From the NCBI GenBank assembly GCA_003599815.1, contig QZJZ01000105.1, forward strand, positions 7,174 through 71,173: a DNA stretch of 64,000 nucleotides, given 5' to 3'. The notes under the pieces are model-generated. The model saw nothing but the letters and a program-made list of their open reading frames with translations. It was not told the DNA's origin and did no database searches. Below, one piece after another: positions 28,301 to 39,255 of the stretch. The position numbers were made by a program, and so were the translations under genes. This DNA is from Candidatus Auribacter fodinae. Its GTDB lineage: Bacteria; Auribacterota; Auribacteria; Auribacterales; Auribacteraceae. Position 1 is the first letter of the stretch, and each line of letters starts with the position of its first letter.

Positions 28301-28720
28301 TTTACCGGAAAGGATTTTGTCATAATCGATTTTGAAGGAGAACCCGCCCGCACACTCAGCGAACGGCGGTTAAAACATTCCCCGCTTAAAGATACGGCGG
28401 GGATGATACGTTCTTTTCATTACGCGGCGTACAGCGCTCTGTTTCTACTGCATTCCGTGCGCCCTGAAGACCGTACTCTGATTGAAAAATGGATTGAACC
28501 ATGGCACAGGTTCAGTAGCGGCGCGTTTATGTTCGGGTACCTGAATACCATTCAGGATTCGGGACTTATACCCGAAATACACGAAGATCTGGAAGCACTG
28601 CTTCAGGCATTCCTCATTGAAAAAGCGGTGTATGAAATCGGTTATGAACTGCATAACCGCCCAGATTGGACCATTATTCCGATCAGGGGAATTAATCACA
28701 TTATGAAAAGTACGTTCTAA
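25391..28720 (+). CDS. treS: trehalose synthase fused to maltokinase (TreS-Mak/Pep2)
   Basis: An N-terminal GH13 TreS domain (DAIIYETHVRAF, ELVINHTS, GVDGMRLDAV) is fused to a C-terminal Mak kinase domain (RIHGDYHLKQVL, VIIDFEGEP). The start is GTG after GGGAGGA. Confidence 0.8.
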   Translation: MAKKDHQSDDDPQWYKDAIIYETHVRAFFDSNDDGIGDFKGMTEKLDYLQSLGITALWLLPFYPSPLRDDGYDIADYYNVHPDYGTLKDFKNFLSAAHKRGIKVITELVINHTSSEHEWFRNSRRARPGSNAREFYVWSDTPDKYKDARIIFQDFESSNWSWDSIAQAYYWHRFYSHQPDLNFDNPAVGKAVFRALDFWLRMGVDGMRLDAVPYLFERDGTNCENLPETHEFLKKLRAHIDQTYKNKMLLAEANQWPEDAAAYFGNGDECHMAFHFPLMPRMFMAVQMEDSFPIIDILKSTPKIPSACEWAIFLRNHDELTLEMVTDEERDYMYRMYAKDPRARINVGIRRRLAPLLRNNRRKIELINILLFSLPGTPVLYYGDEIGMGDNYYLGDRNGVRTPMQWTPDRNAGFSKTNPQQLYLPVITDPEYHYEAINVETQDRNPSSLLWWMKRVIAMRKRLPALVKGDLKILIPSNGKVLAFTRSYQNETILVVANLSRFTQVLNLDLAEYEGYKPVEVFSLNEFPPIRRKPYVLTMSPYAHYWISLVRELESIHVSTTCSSMPVITTAGWRNVLTEGHKQKLTSDILPGYLKSCTWFKAREKAIRKIDIVEDAIIRHESSAYHLLFLSISFNEGSPDTYFLPISLQPQKDAQRIIEDYPKRIITTIMIDNEDSIIYDSTCDESFHKALLTHILSRKRIRGKQGDFTASTLIKHTHAGISENFHALSHPLEAEQHNSSVIYGKSLIAKLYRRIETGTNPELDITHHLSTETRFEHIPPFVGALEYTTPDNEPATVAIIQKYMEHTADAWTYTVDAVSAYFESVLSGKDELADMDFELPAMLDVDPDNVPVFMQDLLGGAYLQMAELLGKRTGELHLALAEITDSTFQPQAFSTLYQRSVCQSIQSLVRRNFLQIKKYKSLLPENIRKEAEAIASSEQKIVNRLETINQKKFHAMKIRIHGDYHLKQVLFTGKDFVIIDFEGEPARTLSERRLKHSPLKDTAGMIRSFHYAAYSALFLLHSVRPEDRTLIEKWIEPWHRFSSGAFMFGYLNTIQDSGLIPEIHEDLEALLQAFLIEKAVYEIGYELHNRPDWTIIPIRGINHIMKSTF

Positions 28721-28736
28721 CTGTAATGGAGGAATT

Positions 28737-30692
28737 ATGCCGTCTTCTGCACATAAACAAAATGTTATTCATGGAGTAAGCCTCTTTACGGAATACGATA
28801 TTCATTTATTCCGGGAAGGAAGCCATTTTAATCTGTACACCAAATTCGGTTCGCATACCATGACCGTTGACGGAACGGAAGGCACCTATTTTGCCGTCTG
28901 GGCTCCCAACGCAAAACATGTATACGTTATGGGCGATTTCAATAAATGGAAAAAAACGTCCCATCCTCTGGCTGTGCGCTGGGACAGTTCCGGGATATGG
29001 GAAGGGTTTATACCCGGCCTGAAAAAAGGTACGCGCTACAAATATAATATAATCTCCCATCATAACAATTACAAAGTGGATAAAGGCGACCCCTATGCCC
29101 TGTTCTGGGAAATATCCCCGAACACCGCGTCACGCGTCTGGGATCTGGAGTACGAATGGAACGATGCCGAATGGATGAAAAAGAGAAGGCATTACAATTC
29201 CCTGCATGCTCCGCAATCCATTTATGAAGTGCACCTCGGTTCATGGCGGCGCGTACCCGACGATAACGGGTTCCTCTCGTACCGGGATATGGCGCCGTAT
29301 CTTGTCCAGCACGTCAAAAAAATGGGGTTTACGCATGTTGAGTTCCTGCCGGTCATGGAACATCCTTTTTACGGGTCATGGGGATACCAGTGCGTAGGAT
29401 ACTTCGCGCCGACCAGCAGGTTCGGCACACCGCAGGATTTCATGTACCTGATCGATTACCTGCACCAGCACGATATCGGGGTGATCCTCGACTGGGTACC
29501 GTCGCACTTCCCGTCCGACGAGCATGGCCCAATCTATTTTGACGGAACGCACCTCTACGAGCACGCCGACCCGCGCAAGGGATTTCATCCTGACTGGAAA
29601 AGCTATATCTTCAATTTCGGCAGGAACGAAGTGCGCAATTTTCTTATCAGCAACGCCTTGTTCTGGCTGGAAAATTACCATGCAGACGGTTTGCGGGTAG
29701 ACGCCGTCGCCTCTATGCTCTACCTCGATTATTCCCGCAAAGAGGGAGAATGGATCCCTAACGAGTACGGCGGCAGGGAAAACCTTGAGGCGATTCATTT
29801 CATGCGCCGCCTCAACGAAGTGGTGTACGAACGATTTCCCGATACACAGACCATTGCCGAGGAATCCACGTCATGGCCCATGGTGTCACGCCCAAACTAT
29901 CTGGGCGGGCTCGGGTTCGGCATGAAATGGAACATGGGCTGGATGCACGATACGCTGGCGTATCTGTCAAAAGACCCCATATACAGGGTATACCATCACG
30001 GACAACTGACATTCAGCATAATGTACGCCTTCTCCGAAAACTTCGTGCTTGCGTTGTCGCACGATGAGGTTGTTCACGGCAAAGGGTCGCTGATAAATAA
30101 GATGCCCGGAGACGAATGGCAGAAATTCGCCAATCTTCGACTGCTCATGGCGTACATGTTTACGCATCCCGGCAAAAAACTCCTTTTCATGGGCGCTGAA
30201 TTCGGGCAATGGAACGAATGGAACCACGATAACAGCCTCGACTGGCACCTGACGCAGTATCCTCTGCATAGAGGGTTACAGCAATTAATAAGCCAGCTCA
30301 ATTTTATATATCGCCGTGAATCAGCGCTGTATGATCTGGACAATCACCCGAACGGATTTGAATGGCTCGATTGCCATGACTGCGAAAAAAGCATTATCAG
30401 TTATGTCAGGAAAGGATCTCTGCCGGACAGCAATATGATCATAGCCTGCAATTTCACTCCTGTACCCCGTTACAATTACACAATCGGTGTGGAGGAAAAG
30501 GGGTACTGGAATGAAGTACTCAACACGGACGCTGGGGAATACGGCGGTAGCGGAATCGGCAATTTCGGCGGCGTTGAAGCCCGGCAGGTGCCGTGTCACG
30601 GCAAAACTCGTTCCATTTCAATCACTTTACCACCTCTGGCTGCGGTCATATTCAAAAAAACACCTCAGGCGGAAGAAGGACAGAAAACGTGA
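28737..30692 (+). CDS. glgB: 1,4-alpha-glucan branching enzyme
   Basis: It has a CBM48 domain plus GH13_9 motifs (VILDWVPSHF, GLRVDAVASMLY). Confidence 0.85.
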   Translation: MPSSAHKQNVIHGVSLFTEYDIHLFREGSHFNLYTKFGSHTMTVDGTEGTYFAVWAPNAKHVYVMGDFNKWKKTSHPLAVRWDSSGIWEGFIPGLKKGTRYKYNIISHHNNYKVDKGDPYALFWEISPNTASRVWDLEYEWNDAEWMKKRRHYNSLHAPQSIYEVHLGSWRRVPDDNGFLSYRDMAPYLVQHVKKMGFTHVEFLPVMEHPFYGSWGYQCVGYFAPTSRFGTPQDFMYLIDYLHQHDIGVILDWVPSHFPSDEHGPIYFDGTHLYEHADPRKGFHPDWKSYIFNFGRNEVRNFLISNALFWLENYHADGLRVDAVASMLYLDYSRKEGEWIPNEYGGRENLEAIHFMRRLNEVVYERFPDTQTIAEESTSWPMVSRPNYLGGLGFGMKWNMGWMHDTLAYLSKDPIYRVYHHGQLTFSIMYAFSENFVLALSHDEVVHGKGSLINKMPGDEWQKFANLRLLMAYMFTHPGKKLLFMGAEFGQWNEWNHDNSLDWHLTQYPLHRGLQQLISQLNFIYRRESALYDLDNHPNGFEWLDCHDCEKSIISYVRKGSLPDSNMIIACNFTPVPRYNYTIGVEEKGYWNEVLNTDAGEYGGSGIGNFGGVEARQVPCHGKTRSISITLPPLAAVIFKKTPQAEEGQKT

Positions 30693-32548
30693 TCAAATCC
30701 GACATTTTTCCCGTAGGATGCTGGTACATAGGCAATAAAAAGGCCTCATTTACCGTGTGGGCTCCGAAAGCGGAGCAGGTCGACGTTGAATTTACCGCTG
30801 TAAACAGGATAGTCCCGCTTACGTACGCAGACTTGGGGTACTGGCGCGGGGTAATTGAAGAGGTTGAACCGGGTTCGCCATATAAATACCGGCTCAACCA
30901 GTCGTGTTCATTTCCTGACCCCGCTTCTTTTTATCAGCAGGACGGCGTCCATCAGCCTTCTGTGGTGGTCAATCACGGCGGGTTTCACTGGGCAGACCAT
31001 AAATGGGCTAACCTGCCGCTCGAATCATACATAGTATACGAAATTCATGTAGGAACATTCACGCCGGAGGGAACCTTTGACGCGGTTATTGATAAACTCG
31101 GCTACCTGAGCGACCTTGGCATTAACGCACTGCAAATCATGCCTGTCGCCCAGTTTCCGGGAAATCGCAACTGGGGATATGACGGCACATACCCGTTTGC
31201 CGTGCAGAATTCGTACGGAGGGCCTGACGGACTCAAACGGCTTGTCAATGCCTGCCATTCATACGGCATAGCGGTTGCGCTTGATGTGGTATACAACCAT
31301 TTCGGGCCTGAAGGAAATTACAGCGGAATGTTTGGGTATTATACAACACCTAAGCATCATACGCCGTGGGGGGACGCCATCAATTACGATAGCGAATACT
31401 CGTTCGCGGTACGGTCTTTTGTCATCCAGAACGCCCTGTACTGGTTTCAGGAATATCACATTGACGCACTGCGCATAGACGCCATTCACGGTATTTTCGA
31501 TATGAGCGCGAAACATATTCTTGAAGATTTGGCGGAACACACGAAAACACTCAGCAAAGACCTTGACAAACCATTGTACCTGATAGCGGAAAGCGACCTG
31601 AACGACGCGCGGGTTATCAGGGAAAAAGCACAGGGCGGATACGGTATCCATGCCCAGTGGAATGACGATTTCCATCATGCTCTGCATGCAGTGCTCACCG
31701 GAGAAAAAACAGGATACTACGCTGATTTCGGGACGATTGACAACCTTGTCAAAGCAATCCGTGAAGGATTTGTGTACTCTTGGGAATACTCAGTTTACCG
31801 CAAACGGTTCTTCGGCAGTTCATCTAAAGATATTCCCCCGCAAAAATTCGTGGCGTATATCCAGAACCATGACCAGACAGGCAACCGCCACTCCGGTGAC
31901 AGGCTGTCAGCTCTTGTGTCCTACGAAGCATTGAAACTGGCGGCAGGCGCGCTGATTACCAGCCCGTTTATCCCGCTCCTATTCATGGGTGAGGAATACG
32001 GCGAAGAGTCGCCGTTCCTTTATTTCATCAGCCACAGCGACGAACATCTCATCAATGCGGTGCGTGAAGGACGGAAAAAAGATTTCAAGTCATTCGGTTG
32101 GACAACTGAACCTCCTGACCCGCAAAGCGAATCGGCTTTCGAGCATTCAAAATTGTACTGGGACAGGTTATCGCAGACACGGAACAAGGCATTACACGAA
32201 TATTATCAGGCACTGCTGGAACTGCGCAAAAAACTCCCGGCTCTGTCAATCCTGACCAAAAAAAAGCTCCATGTGGAACGAATTCCCGATACAGCTGTGG
32301 TGCTCATGCACCGTTGGGACGAGGCAAAACATGTCCTTGTTCTGATGAACTTCAGCAATCAGGACTATTCCATTACCCTTGAACAGGCGCAGGAAACCAG
32401 CATCAAACTGCTCGATTCATACGAGGAATGCTGGATGGCATCAGGATCAGGAATATCATCCACTGTCGGAGTGGGACAGCGCATCACCGTGAAGCCGTAT
32501 CATTTCCTGATATTCATGACAGAAAGCCGAGAGCATGACGATCAATAG
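30687..32548 (+). CDS. treZ: malto-oligosyltrehalose trehalohydrolase (TreZ-type GH13)
   Basis: The key motifs are YEIHVGTFTPEGTF, DVVYNHFGPEG and IDALRIDAI. The start is taken at the GTG overlapping the glgB stop (GTGA) after GGAAGAAGGA. The ORF track's upstream extension overlaps glgB by 100 nt. Confidence 0.7.
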
Positions 32549-32682
32549 GGCTTGTAAAATTTCCGCATAAGCACAGAATAAAAACGTAACATCAATTAAA
32601 AAAATTAACTATTTTATATTTTTGTAAAATTCATTATAGTAAAAATCACGCAGTCGATACATATCCATTCAATTAAGGAGAA

Positions 32683-33243
32683 ATGATTATGTGGATTATT
32701 ATTGCGGCAATAGCAGTGCCTGTTTTGTTCATCATTATCATGTACAACAGCCTTGTCGGCAAAAAAAATAAGGTAAACAACACCTTTGCCAGCATCGACG
32801 TCATGCTCAAAAAGCGATACGACTTGATCCCTAATCTCGTTGCCGCCGTTAAAAATTATATGAAACATGAAAAAAGTACCCTGACAGAAATAACCGAACT
32901 CAGGGCTAAAGCCATTTCCCCGAATATATCCGATGAAGAAAAAGTCGACCTCGATAACAAAATCACCGGCGCCCTCGGCGGAATCATGGTTGCCGTTGAA
33001 AATTATCCTGACCTGAAAGCGAATCAGAATTTCCTCCAGCTCCAAGGCGCGATTAACGAAGTTGAGGAACAGATCTCAGCCGCGCGCAGAGCATATAACG
33101 CCACAGTCACAGACTATAACAATGCGGTGGAAATGTTTCCGACAAACATTATGGCATCCATGATGAAATACAAACAGAAGCCGTTCTTCGCCATACCTGA
33201 AACAGAGCGGGCAAACGTTAATGTGAACCAGCTGTTTGAATAA
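32683..33243 (+). CDS. lemA: LemA family protein
   Basis: It has an N-terminal TM helix and the conserved LemA core (KRYDLIPNLV...ENYPDLKAN...RRAYNATV). Confidence 0.8.
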   Translation: MIMWIIIAAIAVPVLFIIIMYNSLVGKKNKVNNTFASIDVMLKKRYDLIPNLVAAVKNYMKHEKSTLTEITELRAKAISPNISDEEKVDLDNKITGALGGIMVAVENYPDLKANQNFLQLQGAINEVEEQISAARRAYNATVTDYNNAVEMFPTNIMASMMKYKQKPFFAIPETERANVNVNQLFE

Positions 33244-33245
33244 TA

Positions 33246-34199
33246 ATGAAAACCATCGAAGATCTTCAGAAATTTTATAACGAAGAGCTTATTAAAGACT
33301 TAGAGGTTCTCGAAACCAAACGAAAAAAAACGCTGTCCACAGTCTTCGCAGTACTTCTTCCTTTACTCGCAGTCATAGCTGTAGTCATGCTGTTTTTCAG
33401 TGACAAAGGAAGCAATGCCCTTATTTTTATTGTGGTCATTGCGATCGCGGTGATTTTTCTTATCTTCTCTCTTCTGACCAGAGGGTATGTCAGCACCTTT
33501 AAAGATACTGTCATCCATAAGATAGTAGAATTTATCGATCCGAACCTCAGTTATAATAAATCGAATTATGTGACATCTTCCGAATTCATGAACAGCGGCA
33601 TATTTCTAAGGGAACCCGACCGCTACAAAGGCGAAGACTATGTACGGGGCATTCTTGATAAAACAAACATCGAGTTCTCTGAAATCAACGCAGAATATGA
33701 AACCCGCGATAATAAAGGGAGAAAAAGTTACCACACTATTTTCAAAGGGCTTTTTTTTATCGCTGATTTCAATAAAGATTTCAAAGGCAGGACACTCGTT
33801 CTGCCTGATACCGCAGAAAAACTGTTTAAGGGGCTCGGCAAAATGCTTCAGTCATGGAATATCTCGCGCCCTGAACTGATTAAGCTGGAAGACCCTGAAT
33901 TTGAAAAACATTTCGCGGTATACGGGACAGATCAGATAGAAGCGCGCTATATCCTCTCCACCAGCTTAATGAAACGAATATGCGATTTTCGGGAGAAATC
34001 CCGCAAAAAACTGGCGTTGTCATTTGTCAACTCACGGTTGTACATCGCACTGACTACAAATAAAAATATGCTGGAACCGCGACTGTTCCGCACACTGCTC
34101 AACTTTAAGCTGGTACAGGAATATTTTGAGGATCTCAAACTCGCTGTCGACATTGTGGAAGACCTGAACCTCAACAGGCGTATCTGGAGCAAACAATAA
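33246..34199 (+). CDS. LemA-associated membrane protein (DUF3137-like)
   Basis: It lies 2 nt after the lemA stop. It has an N-terminal helix, a TM segment and a cytoplasmic domain. Confidence 0.4.
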   Translation: MKTIEDLQKFYNEELIKDLEVLETKRKKTLSTVFAVLLPLLAVIAVVMLFFSDKGSNALIFIVVIAIAVIFLIFSLLTRGYVSTFKDTVIHKIVEFIDPNLSYNKSNYVTSSEFMNSGIFLREPDRYKGEDYVRGILDKTNIEFSEINAEYETRDNKGRKSYHTIFKGLFFIADFNKDFKGRTLVLPDTAEKLFKGLGKMLQSWNISRPELIKLEDPEFEKHFAVYGTDQIEARYILSTSLMKRICDFREKSRKKLALSFVNSRLYIALTTNKNMLEPRLFRTLLNFKLVQEYFEDLKLAVDIVEDLNLNRRIWSKQ

Positions 34200-34444
34200 C
34201 ACAGGATAGTGCAGTTGCCGATCACACTTCGCTTGTTCTGCTTAGTTTCCCCGAATTTATCCGCATTCAAGAGAGTACGCATAAAAAGTATTCAGTATAC
34301 TGATTTCGATTTCGTACCGACAATTATTGTAAAAAAATGTTCAGCCGGCGCGGCGATTGGTAATCTTAAATATTGTCTTAAGCGCTCATTAATGATAGGC
34401 TTTATTGCGTTACAAAACATCCATTTACTTAAAATCACGGACAT

Positions 34445-35605
34445 ATGACTAAAAAAACACTGTTAGTATCAGAAATATTCCCTCCGACCACAGGAGGCAG
34501 TGGACGGTGGTTTTTTGAGGTGTATTCCCGCTTATCAAAGAAAGATTATTATATCGCGGGGGGCACACATCCTGACGCGGAGCAGTTTGACAAACAGCAT
34601 CCTGAATTAAGCATTGACCGCTGGCATCTCAAAATTCCTTCATGGGGCATTTTATCTTTTTCAGGTCTATACGCATACACAACATTGTTCTTTAAACTTG
34701 CCGGTATGATCCGCCGGGAAAAGATTGAAGCGCTTCACAGCGCGCGAAATCTTCCTGAAGGCTTTTTGTGCTGGCTTGCTTCCAAATTATTCAGGCGTCC
34801 CTATTTAACCTATGTGCACGGCGAAGAACTGCAAACTCTTGCCGCGAGCCGTGAACTGTTTTTCATGTCCAGACTGGTTTATAACGGCGCTCAGCGCATT
34901 ATAGTCAACAGCGCAAATACAAAAAGATTGATGATCGATTATTATCCGTCAACATCCGACAAAATCCGTATTGTCCATCCCGGAGTAAATTCCGAGTATT
35001 TCGTGCCAGCCAAGCCGTCCGAAAAGGTAAGGAAAGAACTGGGATGGGGCAACAGAACCGTCATGATCACCGTCGGGCGGCTTCAAAAACGCAAGGGGCA
35101 CGACAATACCATCAGGGCATTACACGCCATCAAAAAAGCTATTCCCGACATACTCTACGTTATTATTGGAAACGGAGAAGAGAACGAACATCTCAGAGAA
35201 CTGGTGCGGGAATTAAACCTTGAGGAGCACGTTCAGTTCCGCGGCGAGATCACGGACGGGCAGTTACTGCGCTGTTATCAGCAATGCGACCTGTTTATAC
35301 TCGCTAACCGTGATATTAACGGTGATATCGAAGGGTTCGGCATGGTTCTGGTTGAAGCACAGGCGTGCGGCAAACCAGTCATCGCCGGCGATTCCGGCGG
35401 CACTGCCGAAACCATGATCCCCGGAGAAACCGGGCTTCTTATCGACTGCACCAATCCCGACCTGATCGCGAAAGGCGTTGTATCCATATTGACAGATCAG
35501 GAAAAACACAGAGCCATATCAAAAAAAGCGCGGGACTGGGTAGAAAACAACCTCGATTGGAAATCTCTAGTTCATAAAGCCGCCGCCATATTTGACGAGC
35601 TGTAA
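34445..35605 (+). CDS. glycosyltransferase family 4 (GT-B)
   Basis: The EX7E region is present (EGFGMVLVEAQACGKPVIAGDSGGTAE). Confidence 0.75.
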   Translation: MTKKTLLVSEIFPPTTGGSGRWFFEVYSRLSKKDYYIAGGTHPDAEQFDKQHPELSIDRWHLKIPSWGILSFSGLYAYTTLFFKLAGMIRREKIEALHSARNLPEGFLCWLASKLFRRPYLTYVHGEELQTLAASRELFFMSRLVYNGAQRIIVNSANTKRLMIDYYPSTSDKIRIVHPGVNSEYFVPAKPSEKVRKELGWGNRTVMITVGRLQKRKGHDNTIRALHAIKKAIPDILYVIIGNGEENEHLRELVRELNLEEHVQFRGEITDGQLLRCYQQCDLFILANRDINGDIEGFGMVLVEAQACGKPVIAGDSGGTAETMIPGETGLLIDCTNPDLIAKGVVSILTDQEKHRAISKKARDWVENNLDWKSLVHKAAAIFDEL

Positions 35606-35829
35606 TACATTTCCGGCACATGCATTGAGCCCTGAACCTGACTATTAATTAGCCCCTGATATGCCTGATTCCTGAAATAAATATGATACATTATTCTTGT
35701 TCACCGAAAACAATTTTGGTAAAATGACGTTATATCTTTTCATTTTGAGACGGATTCTTTTAGGTCAATTGTCTTTAACCAGCGTATGCCCAACCATTTT
35801 TAACCGAAAAAAAATACAGGAGAAAAAGT

Positions 35830-36558
35830 ATGCGGAAATCATTCATTATGCTGATCTTGTGCGGCGTTGCGGCAACGATTGCCCTGAATGGCTGTAAAGC
35901 CGGTGCCGGCAAGGATGCCGGGTTCGTTGATCCTTCAGTGATGGAAAAACGGGCGGACCTCCCTTTCCATAAGGCATGGATAAAAGAAGGGCTGGATAAA
36001 AGCACCTACGACTCTGTATACATCGCCCCCGTCAGTACACAATACCTTATAGTGCAAAACAACTGGTGGCGCGAAATGTTCCGGTATCACCAGATTCAAC
36101 AGGACGCCGAAAAGATAGCTGTTTTTACCCGTGAGGCGTTTGTCAAGGCGTTTAAGGAAGACCCGAACCACCGCTTTGAAGTTGTTGATGAACCACGCGA
36201 AAATACCTTTATTGTGGAACTCGCCATTATCGAATTAACACCGAACAACCCGTTCCTGAAAGCCGGCAGTTACGCCCCATTTGGGATTGGCGCGGGTGTA
36301 TCACTCATTAACTCCACCAATTTGAGCACCGTCGCTTTTGAAGCGCGTATCCGTGACGGCTCAACAGGCGAAACGGTTGCCATGTTCACGGACCGTGAAC
36401 AGGAAAAAAAATATATTGTTACTGATAAGCACCTTACATGGTACGGGCATGCAGAAGACATTATCGATGACTGGGCGCTTCAGTTTGTCGCTCTGGGCAA
36501 CAGGGCTCCGGGAGACATTATCAGCGATACGAAAACCTTCGAATTAAAACCTTGGTAA
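35830..36558 (+). CDS. lipoprotein (DUF3313-like)
   Basis: A signal peptide with a lipobox (LNGC) is followed by an approximately 220-aa periplasmic domain. Confidence 0.4.
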   Translation: MRKSFIMLILCGVAATIALNGCKAGAGKDAGFVDPSVMEKRADLPFHKAWIKEGLDKSTYDSVYIAPVSTQYLIVQNNWWREMFRYHQIQQDAEKIAVFTREAFVKAFKEDPNHRFEVVDEPRENTFIVELAIIELTPNNPFLKAGSYAPFGIGAGVSLINSTNLSTVAFEARIRDGSTGETVAMFTDREQEKKYIVTDKHLTWYGHAEDIIDDWALQFVALGNRAPGDIISDTKTFELKPW

Positions 36559-36577
36559 TAAAACCGATTTTTATACA

Positions 36578-36619
36578 GAAAAACGGCGGGATCTATAATG
36601 ATACCCGCCGTTTTTATCA
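36578..36619. terminator. Bidirectional rho-independent terminator between convergent genes
   Basis: The hairpin acggcggg-N13-cccgccgt has an A-run on its 5' side and a T-run on its 3' side. Confidence 0.5.
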
Positions 36620-36637
36620 TAAAACCTGAAACACATA

Positions 36638-38527
36638 TCAAACTCTAAACTTATTAACCAGCGTATCCAGTTTTTGCGCTTCCGAGGATAAACCCACCGC
36701 CGCCGCCACACTGTTTCGCGCTCCTTCATCATTCTCATGCGAAATAACGCTGACCTGTTCCACAGACTGATTGATTTCCTCCGCGCCCTGCGCCTGTTCG
36801 TTCATTGCAGTATTGATTTCCTCAGCGACCCTCGTAAGCGATTCAGTCGCTTTGGATATCTCGTCAGCTCCCTGTGCCTGTTCCTGCATAGCGACCAGCG
36901 TTGCCTGTGTGATGCGGTTTACCTCTTCCATTGCCCGGGCAATTTCCTCAGCCCCCTTTTCCTGTTCTCCGGTCTGAAGAGATACCATATTGATCAGGTT
37001 ACTCACTTCTGCAATGGAATCAATCATTTCCCCGATTACAGAATCAACCGACTCAACCAGTTCCACTCCTCGTTCCGCTTTGCTGTTCGCTGTTTTGATG
37101 AGTTCGGTGATTTCCTTTGACGCCTGAGCAGATTGTTCAGCAAGGCCCCGCACCTCAGCGGCAACTACGGCAAACCCTCTTCCCGCCTCACCGGCACGCG
37201 CCGCCTCAATAGCGGCATTCAATGCCAGAAGGTTCGTTTGCGAGGCGATACCGGTAATCACCCCAATAATATTATTTATCTGCTGAGAGCTGTTCGCTAT
37301 GTCCCGCATCCCGTTCACAGACTCCTTAACCGCCAGATTGCCTTTTCGCGCTTTGTCGTTCACCAGCTCAGATATCTGCTGTACTTTAGTCGAATTAGCG
37401 GCTATTTCCTTTATCGACGAGACCAGTTCATCCACCGCCGCGGTTGACTCGTTGACCGCAGATGCCTGCATCTCGACATTTTTGCAAACCGCATCAACAT
37501 TGCGGGACATTTGTTCCACGGATGCGGACGTTTCAGTTACCGAAGCGGTCTGGAGTTCAATACTCTTCAGCACTTCTTGTATATTCCGTGTCATTTGCGC
37601 CACAGCGCTGGACGACTGGTTGCTCACAGAAGCGAGATCCTCTGACCGTTTTGACATCTGCGTCGCCGTGGCGCTCAGTTCCTCAGAGCCTGATGCAATC
37701 TCTTCTGCGGACGCTATGATCTTTTTTACCATATCGCGCAATGAACTCAGAAACACATTGAAATAAAGCGCAAGTTCTCCCACTTCATCTTTTGAGTCAA
37801 CATCTATTGTCCGGGTAAGATCACCTTCGCCTTCAGCTATTTCGCGTAATTTTGCCACCACTTTTTTAATCGGATTTACAATAGCGCCCGCGATATAAAA
37901 AGCTATCAGCAGACCCATTACTACGGATACAGAAAGAACGATCACAATCGTTTTTTTCAGGGCACTAAATGTGTTGTTTTGTATTTTTTCAAGGCGGGCG
38001 TTTTCCTCATCGAACTGCCCGAATAGGGTATTGAATGTGTCCATGAGTCCAGCAAGAATATTTTGTGTCTCCTCTCTATATATGGATTTACACTCATCAG
38101 CCGCTTCATCATTTAAGGACTGCCATGTATCCCTGATTTTTACCGCTGACTCGTGAAGGCACTTATGCGGTTCGCCCATAGACAGTATGGTTTGCTGAAT
38201 ATTTTCAGGGTACAACTTAAATTCTTCGCTCTGCGTCGTTGCGTAAAACCATTTGCCGAACCCGCATTTGGTTGGGTCGGTTTGCACAGTCAGTTCTTTT
38301 TCATTGTTTAAGAAAAGATTGGATATTTTTGCGGCCCATTTGAGATGGTCGATTTCTTTTTCGAGCGCAAACCGTGTAATGTTCAGGTTGTCCGCCCTGC
38401 TCTGTGTAACCTGCGAATACGTGATGCTTTTTGTAAGTGATATCACGCCCATTCCCAGCATCAATGCGAGAATGAGCCCGAACCCAACCAACAGCTTTGT
38501 TCGAATTCCAAAATCATTAATCTTCAT
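36638..38527 (-). CDS. methyl-accepting chemotaxis protein with N-terminal CZB-like (His/Cys zinc-binding) sensing region
   Basis: The order is TM1, about 170 aa containing DHLKW...[12 protein letters not shown]2, HAMP, then an MCP signalling domain ([23 protein letters not shown]). Confidence 0.8.
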   Translation of the reverse strand: MKINDFGIRTKLLVGFGLILALMLGMGVISLTKSITYSQVTQSRADNLNITRFALEKEIDHLKWAAKISNLFLNNEKELTVQTDPTKCGFGKWFYATTQSEEFKLYPENIQQTILSMGEPHKCLHESAVKIRDTWQSLNDEAADECKSIYREETQNILAGLMDTFNTLFGQFDEENARLEKIQNNTFSALKKTIVIVLSVSVVMGLLIAFYIAGAIVNPIKKVVAKLREIAEGEGDLTRTIDVDSKDEVGELALYFNVFLSSLRDMVKKIIASAEEIASGSEELSATATQMSKRSEDLASVSNQSSSAVAQMTRNIQEVLKSIELQTASVTETSASVEQMSRNVDAVCKNVEMQASAVNESTAAVDELVSSIKEIAANSTKVQQISELVNDKARKGNLAVKESVNGMRDIANSSQQINNIIGVITGIASQTNLLALNAAIEAARAGEAGRGFAVVAAEVRGLAEQSAQASKEITELIKTANSKAERGVELVESVDSVIGEMIDSIAEVSNLINMVSLQTGEQEKGAEEIARAMEEVNRITQATLVAMQEQAQGADEISKATESLTRVAEEINTAMNEQAQGAEEINQSVEQVSVISHENDEGARNSVAAAVGLSSEAQKLDTLVNKFRV

Positions 38528-38756
38528 AGCACCTCTCCTTCATGATGATAACTTCTCAATCGGTTGTTAATTCCCCACGCCCCGTAAAAGTACAATTTCT
38601 TCAATCCGAATACCACGTAACTAAAAAAACAATCTCTCCTTTTTCCTACTATTTTTATAGGATTTATCGGCTCAAATCATCCATCCTTTAATTTTTGTAA
38701 AAAAGCGCACAATATATTGGTAACCAATTAGTAAAAGAAAGCAACTCCCCATTTAT

Positions 38757-38890
38757 CGGAATAAAAAGATATTTACTTTACATTATTTTTAAATTTATTT
38801 AATTTTTTGCTGGACAAATTATTTCTGAGTTTGGTACCGTAAATCAACTTCATCTTGAACCTCTTCTTTTGATTTCCCCTTTTTACTATT
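38757..38890. repeat. ~130-bp AT-rich direct repeat, unit 1 (MCP/rrf2 divergent promoter region)
   Basis: It is about 75% identical to 39119-39255 and shares the cores tttacattatttt, gctggacaaatta and ttgaac. Confidence 0.45.
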
Positions 38891-39118
38891 ATGATCGTAT
38901 TTCATACAATTATAGTATAGTATTTAGATTGACATGTTTTAAATATGATAAATAATCAACAAGGCGTCCTTCATCCAAAGATAATGCAGATACAAATAGT
39001 AACTCCGATGATTTTTCCTATTTCTTTAATAGGATATGTTGCATTGACATTCTTAATTCCATCATGGCTTTTTTCTGCAACCACTTGATAATCATAAAAA
39101 TATAATTATTATTTATAA

Positions 39119-39255
39119 GGGCATAAAAAATATTGCCTTTACATTATTTTATTTTTTATTTTTTTATTGATTTTTATGCTGGACAAATTAGTTTTGAGTC
39201 TGATAATCTTTTTTTCAGTTCATTTTGAACTTCATTATTTTTATTGTTTTTTCGT
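39119..39255. repeat. ~130-bp AT-rich direct repeat, unit 2
   Basis: It pairs with unit 1 and ends about 45 bp before the rrf2 ATG. Confidence 0.45.

Noticed and set aside
38930-38960. TTGACA...TAAATA sigma70-like promoter between the two 130-bp repeats
   Set aside because: The spacer is 14-15 nt, too short for a confident call. It is mentioned only as a possibility.
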